DNA of 59,384 nucleotides, filler included, from Circinaria calcarea (Eukaryota): NCBI GenBank assembly GCA_051942165.1. It is 6 parts of 6 records of this genome, joined end to end, with 100 filler letters (N's around TTAATTAATTAA, not from the genome) between each part and the next. Parts side by side here need not be neighbours in the genome. Positions count along the whole stretch, not along the records: positions 1 to 9,844 come from JAVECS010000883.1; 5 more parts are not named here. One strand, 5' to 3'. Shown piece by piece: positions 1 to 9,944 of this stretch (position 1 is its first letter; each line of letters starts with the position of its first letter). The notes under the pieces were generated by a model. It saw only the letters and a program-made list of their open reading frames with translations, ran no database searches and was not told where the DNA came from. The position numbers and the translations under genes were made by a program.

Positions 1-246
1 ACCAGCGTTCGTCGAGGTCTGAGACGAGGCTGCGGCTTGTTTCCGCCGTGTAGCGGCCCATTCACCGGCGTGGGCACATTTATGACTCGATTCGGTGCGG
101 TGATCGAGGCAGTAAGTCCCCTTGCAGGATTCACAGCGAAACGGCAGGAAGTCAAGTTGGTTGCAGTATGTGTACTGACAATGAGCACCGATAGCTTCTA
201 GGTCTTTGTCCATAGTAGTGAATGACTGAGGGTCAGGGGAGGCCAT
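1..246 (-). CDS. AN1-type zinc finger protein (Cuz1/ZFAND1-like), 3' end truncated by window/contig edge
   Basis: Manual translation from ATG at 246: MASPDPQSFTTMDKDLEAIGAHCQYTYCNQLDFLPFRCESCKGTYCLDHRTESSHKC. IGxHC..C..LDFLPF.C..C...C.DHR....H.C is the AN1 zinc-finger pattern. Not in the ORF track because it runs off the edge. Confidence 0.9.
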   Translation of the reverse strand, partial: MASPDPQSFTTMDKDLEAIGAHCQYTYCNQLDFLPFRCESCKGTYCLDHRTESSHKCAHAGEWAATRRKQAAASSQTSTNAG

Positions 247-903
247 GATGAGTTGTCTTTATAGTGGTATACTTTGAAGCTCTGCTTGTTGGTCTGCCCC
301 TCGCAGGCAGCGTGTCTTCGTCAGCCGTCGGCCATTTGGATTTAGTAAGGTCGAGGAAGATGCCAGAAGATCGAGATTAGGGCTGGAGGCCGGAGCTAGC
401 GGGGGCACGGGGGCTAATATTATTAGCGTTGATGACTTCGACACTCTGAACTCAATAACTTACATAGCAGTGAGGCTGCTTCTCTAGAGGCAGGAACGAT
501 TACATTATCTATTACTACTACGGCACGTAGATGATAGCATTCTGTTCCTTATACTGGCAAGGATGTAAAAGACAATATGATAAGATAAGAGAGAAATTCT
601 ACCAAGTGACTAGCTTCCAGGGCATGGGCTTTTATGGAACGGTCCAAAAATGCGTCAATAGTTTGGGTCTTTGCTATAAGAAGAAGGAACATTACTCCAT
701 GAAGTCACCAAAGGTATTTACAAGCACGATAACATCCGGTACCTTATCAGTATTCTATATAATCCACAGTTTCGTACAACCGTCTAGTAACCCATCCCCA
801 CGTCCCCTCACCCTCTCGGAAAACCATTCCACTGCCACGATGCCATTGCTGCTCTCGAGACTCGAATTCAACATTAAAGCAATTGCTACCGTGGTGACTG
901 ATC

Positions 904-1329
904 CTATATGGTTGGCTCATCTGTGAACCATGCGTAGGCAATGGCCTCGTCGGCGTCCTCCTCGGCCTCTGCTGAGCGTTTGCGAGTCGATGCGGGCTCT
1001 TCGGTGAACCATGCATAGGCAATGGCCTCGTCGGCGTCTTCTTGAGCTGCTAAGGATCGTTTACGGGTCGAGGTCTGCTCTTCGGTGAACCAGGCGTACG
1101 CAATAGCCTCGTCTGCATCCTCTCCGGTCTTCGTTACTCGTTTGGAAAAGGTGTCAACGAGTCGATTATCCCGTTGGGTTAGTGACTCGACTCCCTCTAC
1201 AAACATTTAGGATATTGATTTGAATAGTCCTAAGCGGAGTACCTTACCAATGCCAGTATTCTGAACGGGGAGAGCATAGCTGCAAATGCTCAGAAGTGAG
1301 GCCGACAAAATGAAGAGTGAGGAACGCAT
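904..1329 (-). CDS. Kex2-processed repeat protein / candidate dikaritin-type RiPP precursor, 124 aa, two exons (1329-1248, 1196-904)
   Basis: Exon 1 encodes signal-peptide-like MRSSLFILSASLLSICSYALPVQNTGI. A GTAAGG...TTTGTAG intron (1247-1197) joins it in frame to ORF 904..1206. Three EDADEAIAYAWFT units at 81-nt period, each preceded by a KR/RKR site. Directly adjacent to two DUF3328 genes. Confidence 0.9.
922..1122 (-). repeat. Three coding repeats (39-nt cores at 922-960, 1003-1041, 1084-1122; period 81 nt)
   Basis: Direct comparison of the three copies: identical 13-aa translation, only synonymous differences. Confidence 0.95.
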
Positions 1330-2033
1330 TCTTGAGCTTCAAAATTGATATGAAGTAACAAGCAGCAAGAGCGTCTTCTGTGTCTTAACTACAATAATTA
1401 ATCAGGATTCGGAATCGAGCCAGACAATCAAAGTGATGGCACAAGAAGATGTGGGATTTAATAGAGCATAAAGCTGATCCCTTAAGAGTTCATTTTCCCG
1501 GCTCACACGCCGCTCCATCTCACCGCTGATTGATGGCCGGACCAATTGGGCCGCCTAACAACAAACGGGCATCGATACTTGGCCAGGATTATTTACCTAG
1601 GTGATGCGCGTGCAAGGCGCAGATACGGGGCTTTGAATTGAGGTGGTGCAAATACTACACACCCGCAGCGCTGGCTTCTAATCTGACGTGCTTTTAGGGG
1701 CGCAGCTGCTGTGGATGCTCAGTTGACACCTTGCCATGTACATCCACCTCGGTTACCACCGGTCTGCTGTACCATGCATCCATCCAGGACTTTTGTCTTG
1801 TGAGTGCCAAAGTTCAGCTACGCGTATTCCTTCCTCGACAAGTATTTCGGATATCGCTTTCAGCAATCACGCTACCGCCAAATTAAGCTAGAATATTCGT
1901 TTAGTATACTCTTGCAATTATTCGTTCATACTTGAAGTGCTTAAGCTATTGGTATACACTTTAAGATCTTGATGGTTTGTTTATTATACACCCAGTTATC
2001 TATTCTGCTCTATCATTATATTAAGCTATCAAG

Positions 2034-2807
2034 ATGAAGTTATCATTCTCATTCTTACCAGAAAGCATTCAATATACGCGAATTGATGATAACAGCAGCA
2101 CCGAAAGAAGGAGACCCAGACTAATATCCTGGTTTGGGAAAGCTGCAACTGGCTTCGTAATATGCTCTGTTGTTGCACTGGTATCAGGCTTCATAGGACT
2201 TTATTTTGGAAAGCAACTCCAGCATTCTCCGCCAAACGATTGGCTAGGTATGTGTGCTTTTCACCAGCTCTTCGCCCTCAGCACTGACTCCATTCTGTTT
2301 GCAGCCCCTGCTGGTACCATCAACTCCACATTTCATTATCGCAAGCAATTCGCCGCAGAACCAACAAATAGGACGGGGAAAATATGGGAGATCATGTTCC
2401 CTAGTACGTTCCTTCTTTCTCCCCTCCCTTCTCCGTCCGATCGCCAAATACTGACTTTATACCTAGAGGGCCGGGGATTCATCCGCAAAGATGACATTGC
2501 AAACGGCGAGATCAGAGGTGTCGCTGTTTTCCATCAACTACACTGTCTCGATGGGCTTCGCCGCGGCTATTACGCCGCCCTAAAAAGCCAGTCTCCTTCC
2601 GTGCATGCTGATCCCGCCCACATGCGTCACTGTATTGACTACCTCAGGCAGTCTCTCCTGTGCTGCGCGGACACGAATCTGGAGCATGTTGACCCGAACC
2701 TCAAGGGCACGACAGGATGGGGCTTCCCGCGGAAGTGTAGAGATATTGTGAGGATCAAAGATTGGGCAGAGGAGTGGAGGACGCATAATCAGACGGGAAT
2801 ATTGTAG
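2034..2807 (+). CDS. DUF3328 / UstYa-family oxidase #1 (about 217 aa after removing introns 2248-2304 and 2404-2466)
   Basis: N-terminal transmembrane helix, then VAVFHQLHCL, HMRHCIDYLRQSLLCCADTNLE and GWGFPRKCRD. Two HxxHC motifs are diagnostic of DUF3328. Both introns are GT..AG, multiples of 3 and stop-free. Confidence 0.93.
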   Translation: MKLSFSFLPESIQYTRIDDNSSTERRRPRLISWFGKAATGFVICSVVALVSGFIGLYFGKQLQHSPPNDWLGMCAFHQLFALSTDSILFAAPAGTINSTFHYRKQFAAEPTNRTGKIWEIMFPSTFLLSPLPSPSDRQILTLYLEGRGFIRKDDIANGEIRGVAVFHQLHCLDGLRRGYYAALKSQSPSVHADPAHMRHCIDYLRQSLLCCADTNLEHVDPNLKGTTGWGFPRKCRDIVRIKDWAEEWRTHNQTGIL

Positions 2808-3142
2808 AGAAAATAGGGCAAGATGAAGATAACTTCTATACTCTCAGCTAGAAAAATAAAGTTTTGTTTATCCTGAAAAATCGCATTTACGCTGGAGATG
2901 TGATACATAATATTTAGCTTATGAAACCTCAAAATCAAATAAGCTCAGCAATATTACTCGCTTTATTTATTGATATAGAATAAAGGGTTAATAGATACCA
3001 GACAATCAAGGTCAATATCATTTCTAGCATAAGGAGAAATAAAGCTACAAGCACCAGCCACAGCACGTTCAAAACGGCTCACTCCAAAAGATCGAGTACT
3101 CCTCTCCAACTCTTTTGCTCTCAATTTCTCCGCGAAAATCTC

Positions 3143-4114
3143 CTAGCTTGGCGGCACCAGCGTTTCCGGATCAAACAGATCCACCCGTCTCTGCCGTGCC
3201 CACCCAGAGAGTTTCTCCCAGTTCACGCAACGGTGCAACTTGCCCTCCTGCGTGCTTGGCTCCAGAGTGGAGTGCTCGGTGCGCAGCCATTTGAAAGCTG
3301 TGACGGAGGTGTCACCTTTGCAGATGGCGGCCTGGCGCAGGAGCTCGAGGCAGTGCTCGACGTGGGTGTAGTGCTCGAGCGTGTCGTGCGCGGTGAGGTT
3401 AGGGTAGTAATGATCTTTGTAGAACCATTTGCGAGTGCGTTTCTGATGCTCCCAGGGTTTTAGTGTCGTGGAGGCGGATGGGAGGGAGGATGGGGACGAG
3501 GGGAGGAAGTGGGGATTAGGGAAGGGTCCTTACGATGCAGTGGAGCTCGTGGTAGACGCCTAGTGTACCCAGGTAGCCAGAGCCATCAGCGAGGACGAGA
3601 GAGGTTTGATTCATCCGAGCCATTTCGGAGGAAGAGATGCGCAGATTGATATCTATATAATAAGCCACGGTCAGTACAGAAGTTGCGGATAGAATTAAAT
3701 CAATAGATTATTACTATCGAGCAATTCGTGCCAGGCGCTGTCCGACTCGGAGTTTGGATCTCCCGCGAAAATACTATTCCCTGCCAATCCGTCCACCTCC
3801 TTCGTCACATACTCAATTGCCTCATCCGCGGGGGAGTAGACCAATAGCGGTTCGTGATAACTTGAATAAAAGGACGCCTTTTGAAGGTATATAAAGGTCG
3901 AAGTATATAAGACAATCATGAAAACATGGAATAGAAGGGCAGAACGGCTGGTAATCCGAAGTGGTTTTCTTTCTGAAATGTCGTCTATCCCTTGTAATGA
4001 ACAGTTATCTCCGTCGACGGAAGCAATTTTCAAGTCGTCAAGTTCCCCTTTCTGGTTTTCAATTATAAGAAAAGGTTGTCGACTCGATTGTTTCTCCTCA
4101 TCGAAAGTAACCAT
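3143..4114 (-). CDS. DUF3328 / UstYa-family oxidase #2 (exons 4114-3715, 3652-3534, 3442-3143)
   Basis: Manual splice: TM helix, VYSPA, W.ELL, then GYLGTLGVYHELHCI|KRTRKWFYKDHYY...HVEHCLELLRQAAICKGDTS...HRCVNWEKLSGWARQRRVDL. Two HxxHC motifs; stop TAG at 3145-3143. Confidence 0.92.
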
Positions 4115-5557
4115 GCTGATGACATAAAGCCAAAAAGATCTAAAATTTTCGCCTTATAAACATATGTAGCAGCTTTTAAACAGATTTGTATATTAAGCAT
4201 CAAGTCATACAATAACAGAATTGTTGGTAGTCGGAGGGTATTTTCGCACCTAGGATAGGATCTCGGGAACTGGCAAAATAAGTTTCTCCATATTTCACCC
4301 ATCATGTTCAGAATCCAGTTGCTACGCTTCCTCCATGGGTTTGAGATCGGCTAGAACTACCAAAGAGTAGAATGTGGAAAGCTAGCGCAGCTATCTACAC
4401 ACCGCCTTGGGCCTGGTCGTGTGGATCTCAGCCGAGGTCAGGTGGCTTGCTTCCACAGGGGCACGAAATACCTCTCCTGACACAGTAGGCACCTAGAGAA
4501 AGGATTTGGGTCCAGACCGTAAAAGCCGAGCATTGATTGATAACTATTAGATTAAGCCTAGAAGTGTTTTGGGACCATTCCGCAAGATATTCCGTAATGT
4601 TATCCAATAGATTGTTGCTTAAAGCGAACCGAGCTATGCACTTAGCAGCTAGTAACCTCAGAAAGGGATCTACTGCATTACATGAGGCGGGTGATCCCGC
4701 GCCGTTGATAGCCTCAGATAGGTACGGAAAAGAGTAGCCTTATCCGGCACGCGATTTCATAGGGGGGGGGTAAGGCCGGCCATCGAATTTAAAGGAGCAG
4801 GGGAAAGGCAGCGATCTGCCTGGTCTCCTGATGTAAACATAATGAGTTGCGCGATTTTGTATTTTAATTCCCTCAATATCTAGTCAGTACATTTCGAGTA
4901 TGGAAACACCTTTACAGCTAGCTCACTGTCTGGCATCGTCGGGAAGCACGATCCGGGAGGCTGAGAGAAGCTTATAGCCTATCAGGTATTATCGAACCTT
5001 GACAGCTCAGATCGACCCGTGGCTTAGCGTTTGCAGCTTTCAATTGGCAGGGTGGTATCCCAGCAACGAGCTGTGAAGGATTGATGTATCCTCCGTGCCT
5101 CGGAGTACCTGATGGTCACCGCAGATGTCAAATGCATAGCAAGCCACTCATTTTATTCTATCCTGGCTGCGCCGTACTAAGTATGCATCCTACAAATGCA
5201 GTGTGAAGCAGTATATTTGCATTGATTTCAGCCCATGTTGATTCCTAAAGCCGTTATTTCGCGCCAGTCATAAGTCACACCAGCCATTCCATAGCCGAGC
5301 ATCGCAGAACGCCCGGTGGTGGAACGGAACTGTGCCTCTGAATCGTCGATAGGCAGGGGTTAGAAACGCCGAGGTCCCGTTGCTTACCACTCGAGTTTTC
5401 TACGGATCGTCCTGTCAGAACTCCCTTTTAAAGCCTTCCGGCTTTTATATTGTGTGTTTATCTGAGAGCTCTTGCATTCCTAGCTCATTGTCTTCCTAGT
5501 TGGCATCCTTATTTTGGCTGTGGTGACTTGAACTTAACTAAGGACGCAATTCACACA

Positions 5558-6941
5558 ATGACAGCTTCCGGCCCAAATTATATTATTATTATCTCTATTG
5601 TCTTTTCCCTCGTTGCAATCGGTGCTGTTGTTTTACGCTTTTACGCACGGCAAGTCAAACGTCAAGAAATTGGTGCTGATGACTATATGATTCTGCCTGC
5701 ATTGGTACGTTGAAGAATTCATAAATTATTCGTTTATTATCAACGAAGATTGGAACTCATTTCAAGTTTAGGCATTTGCAGTTGCGTTAGGGGTTCTTAA
5801 TATTATTAGTACGTTAACTATATGTTTATCTACGGCTCCCAGACTTATGCAGCTTTCTGATATTCCTAAAGGCGTGATATTGGGCAATTTAGGAGGTCAT
5901 ACGGGTATTAGCTCTAATAGTACGCTTGCTTTAACCCGAAGTATCGAGATCTTTTTACAGGTATATTAATGATAAGAACTTTATTACCTAACGATCCGCA
6001 ATTAATTGATTGTAGTGCGAATGGGCCACGCAGCTCTGCTCAGTCCTCGCCCTAACATTCACCAAGTTATCAATTCTCCTTTTTTACCGTCGCATTTTCC
6101 GGGGCCCAATATTTGGTAAGGTGGTCTTGGCCATGAATGCTGTCGTTGTTGGATGGGGGATATCATTCCTTTTTGCAACTTTATTCGAGTGCTACCCAGT
6201 ATCTCAAGTTTGGACATCATTCTACGGGCAGCCTGATCGCAATTGCTACGATTACCTTCCGATGTTTTTCGGTACGGCGATATCTAACATGCTAATCGAC
6301 TTGATACTTTTAACTATTCCCTGGCCAATGATCTGGGGATTGAAGATGCAAAGAAAGCTAAAAATCCAAGTCAGCGCAATCTTTGCTCTTGGAGGACTGC
6401 AAGCAATTACATATTCCATGACGAACTGCTGAGACTAATATTTGTGTAGGGTATTCGGCATCAGTATTTTACGCCTGGTTTTCTTTGTACAGGCCAGTCA
6501 CGGCTACAACAACCCTTATGATATTACTTGTGAGTTAACTTGCAATCCCAGGAACTCCCTTTGCTTACTTCACTGTTAGATAATATTGCTCCCACGCTTT
6601 ATTGGACTCAACTGGAAGCTGCTTTTGCAGTTCTAAGCGCCTGTCTTCCTACGCTACGCCCCATTTTTACAGGCTTCCCCCCGGACAGTCTCTTTGGCAG
6701 TTTCCCTCACAAGATCTCGTTCTCCTGGCAAAGAAAAGACTCTAAAAACTCGACCACGAAGCAAGCTTCTTCTGAAAGCGATTACCCGTCTTCACTCTCT
6801 GGCCTAACGAAGAATCCTAACAATGCTGTAGTGGAGAATAATTGCGAGGGCACAGAGTTGAGAGACCTTGAAAGGCGGCAAGATGACGGTGGTGGAATCT
6901 ATGTTTCAACGGATTTCTCTTACCATGATGAGCGAGTGTAG
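5558..6941 (+). CDS. PTH11-like / SAT4-family rhodopsin-domain integral membrane protein (multi-exon, no CFEM domain)
   Basis: AVVLRFYAR...GADDY, TKLSILLFYRRIF, FECYP, DLILLTIPWPMIWGLKM..KLK, WTQLEAAFAVLSACLPTLRPIF are family signatures. Five introns, one apparently GC-AG (6399-6449). Confidence 0.88.
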
Positions 6942-7442
6942 AAGCAGGACATTTGAGAACTGCTCTACTAAGTTGAGCGCTATTGCGAAGTCTTTGGTAT
7001 TTTGGGGCCTAAACTCCGTATTCCTTTGATCCAACTATGGGAATATCGGTGCCGATCTATGGGTGTAGAAGATCGTCTCTATTGGATGGTCTTTTTGGAG
7101 AAGGTAGCGAGGCAAGGGAATACTCCAGCAACCGGTAAACCGAGTACGTCATAACTAAAAGTTAATGAAATATAGTAAAATAGCTGAAATGGTCTATGTA
7201 AACAATGCTTCAAGCTTATACACCAACTGCATAACGGCTCTGACATGAAGGGAACTCCACGCCCCGATGGAACGTTTGTTTTATGTACCTTCCAGAGCTC
7301 CTGCGCCATTGGCACAAATTCCTTTATGCATGGTGTGGCACGTCCGCACTACCTATATAGCCCCGTCGATTCCCATGTGTTCATTCAATCTTCCTCAGCA
7401 TTTCTGTTTGCTTAAAGGTTGATTATTTTAGGGATAAGTACA

Positions 7443-8951
7443 ATGACACATGATAGAATGAGTTCCATTCAAGAGCTAGCTCTCATCATCTCTTCAAGCA
7501 CTTCAAAGGTCAATGATTATTACACCTCCAAGGGTCTGCCGTTTCCATCCTTCGCTGTTGATGCTCCGAGTTCATCTTTGATATCGCCCAAGGATGAAGA
7601 AGTCGAAGCTGCGAGAAACGCCATCATAGATGCAACTCTCAAGCTTCGAATCCTAATGCTCGGGCCAAGGGACTACTTGCAGAGCTTTATGGTACGCTTC
7701 TCCCACTCTAGGCCAATGCGGATCTAACCCCGCCAGCACAATGAGCTCATCAGCATGCAAGTGATCAGCCGCTTCAAAATCGCCTCCAGCTTTCCTGTGT
7801 ACGAGGAAGCTTCGTTCGACGAAATTGCCAAAACAACTGGCCTGAGCGAGCATAATGTCCGCAGGTTTTTACGCCATGCTATGACCAAGCACATCTTCCA
7901 TGAGCCTCGAAAGGGTTTCGTTGCCCATACGGCCGCCTCTCAACTGCTGTCTGAGGATGAACAGATGCTCGATTGGGTAAGCGCAAGTACAGATGAGCTA
8001 TGGCAAGCTGCATGTCAAACCGTGAATGCCATGGAGAGATGGCCTGGGTCGCAAGAACCAAATCAGACTGTGAGTCAATCGAGGAATGGAATATCCCTTA
8101 TTATGATTTTGCTCTTCCTTCTCTCGTTCATACAGTAGTCATTTAATTGACTATCGTCATCAATAGGGATTTGCCCTTGCCAATAACAGCGAAAAATCCA
8201 TCTATGAGATCCTTGCCCAGTACCCCCAGCGTGCTAAACGGTTTGGGAACGCCATGACTTCCTACACCCAGGGAGCAGGCTATGACCTCAAGCTCCTCGA
8301 GCGCAACTATCCCTGGGCCGCTCTAGGGGAAGCTACCATTGTCGATGTAAGCGAGGCTGCCTCTCCCGTTGTAGCCCTTGTGATTTATATATTCGAGTCA
8401 CTACTAATTATCCCTCCTAGGTTGGCGGCTCCCACGGTTCGGTTTGCATCCACCTTGCAACCGTATTCCCATCTCTCACTTTCGTCGTCCAAGATTTCCC
8501 TCCCGTCATCGAAGCCGGCTCGTCCCAATTGTCCTCGCAAGACCCCTCTCTTGCCTCCCGAATCACCTTCCAGGCCCACGATTTCCTCACCGAGCAGCCC
8601 GTCAAAGGAGCGGACGTGTACTTCTTCCGCTGGATCTTCCACAACTGGTCCGATGCCTATAGCGTCCGCATCCTCCGCAACCTGATTCCCGCGCTCAAAC
8701 CTGGCGCTCGCATCGTGGTGCATGATAACCTGCTGCCGGAACCCGGGACGATGGCTCTGTGGGCGGAAGAGGGGCTACGATGCATGGACCTCACGATGCT
8801 GGAGCTGCAGAATTCGAGGGAGAGGGAGATGGATGACTGGAAGGCTTTGTTTGAGATGGCGGACGGCCGATTCAAGTTTCTCGGAGGGAACCAGCCCAAC
8901 GGTTCACGTTTGTGGATCTTGGAAGCGGTTTGGGAGGGCGAATTGGCTTAA
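7443..8951 (+). CDS. SAM-dependent O-methyltransferase (Methyltransf_2, fungal secondary-metabolite type), multi-exon; start at 7443 or 7458
   Basis: Winged-helix part (RRFLRHAMT..IF.EP..G.VAHT), IVD|VGGSHG SAM motif across an intron, AHDFLTEQPVKGADVYFFRWIFHNWSD, LIPALKPGARI, DLTML....RER. Confidence 0.92.
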
Positions 8952-9844
8952 AATGATCCCGTTCTTTTTGGCTACAAGGCAACTGCCACTATCCGTTGGT
9001 GGAGCCAATACCATGGCAGTTCCGAAACCCCAAAAGAGCATGTAGATGTCTTATAGAATGATTTAGTCCCTTTTACTGAATTTGCTTGCATCGCTTGAAG
9101 CCGAAGGTTCAGAATATAATATAGGATCGAGCGACACCTGTTGCGGATCAGCCCTGGGCTTCCCTACACACGGAGGCATGTCGGCCCGGGGCAGCCCTAT
9201 GGGCCATGTATTTAGCTTCGTGCAGCCATTCTGGCTGCATCCGTTATGCCGATGGGATGAACCCCCCTACGTAACAACACCGATCCATTTTCGGCCGTAC
9301 CAAAATTTCCCTACAAAAGTATCCACTTCTTTGACTTTTCCCACGGCATATAAACTTATAACGGAAGAAACCGGTCGCCCCACTATAATCTTCTGCAAGT
9401 TAACAAAATGCCTGGTAAGGTCCATACTGCTGACAATCAGCCTGTTGTTGGTTAATTTATTTCCCTAAAAGTTGTATAGTATAGTTGCGAAAAGTTGATG
9501 TCGTGTTTCCCAGGGTCCCTGGGTAGATACCATGACCGGCTTAGCTCGGATGTATTGTCGGACTCACGTCGCGTACTTGTAGAGTACTATACAGAACCGT
9601 TTGATACAAGCCACATCTGCAGCTTGTCAAAACCTCTCAACTCTGCCAACAGCAAAGCCCTACTACCCCCGTAGAGGAGGCCGCAAAGTATGCACACGAT
9701 CAAATGCGCCGGTACGCCCCAAGAGGTGTGAGCTGTCCTGCCGATCCTAACCCAACCCTGTACCTGATACTCTTTTCAGATCGGGCTACAGCATGGGCAG
9801 AAAGCAACGGGAGAGATCAAACGGAGCATCAAGTTTTACGAAAA

Positions 9845-9944
9845 NNNNNNNNNNNNNNNNNNNNNNNNNNNNNNNNNNNNNNNNNNNNTTAATTAATTAA
9901 NNNNNNNNNNNNNNNNNNNNNNNNNNNNNNNNNNNNNNNNNNNN
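9845..9944. other. Artificial contig spacer N44-TTAATTAATTAA-N44
   Basis: 100-nt linker with stop codons in all six frames; same as the four other spacers. Confidence 0.98.

Noticed and set aside
531..1022. ORFs 531..926 (+) and 747..1022 (-)
   Set aside because: Overlap or shadow the precursor and its 3' region; no recognisable motifs.
922..1122. 81-nt periodic repeat as a CRISPR array
   Set aside because: Eukaryotic DNA, no cas genes, repeats vary only at synonymous positions and the spacers are in-frame coding.
904..1329. Precursor as an alpha-factor-like mating pheromone (Ppg1/PpgA)
   Set aside because: It shares the signal peptide + KR-repeat layout, but Pezizomycotina alpha-like pheromones typically have Cys-containing WC...GQ.C cores. 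This core has no Cys and sits beside two DUF3328 genes.
9746..9760. cctaacccaaccct as a telomere remnant
   Set aside because: Only about two imperfect units; expected by chance.
9845..9944. TTAATTAATTAA palindrome as a biological motif
   Set aside because: Identical within N-runs at all five junctions; it is a synthetic six-frame stop linker.
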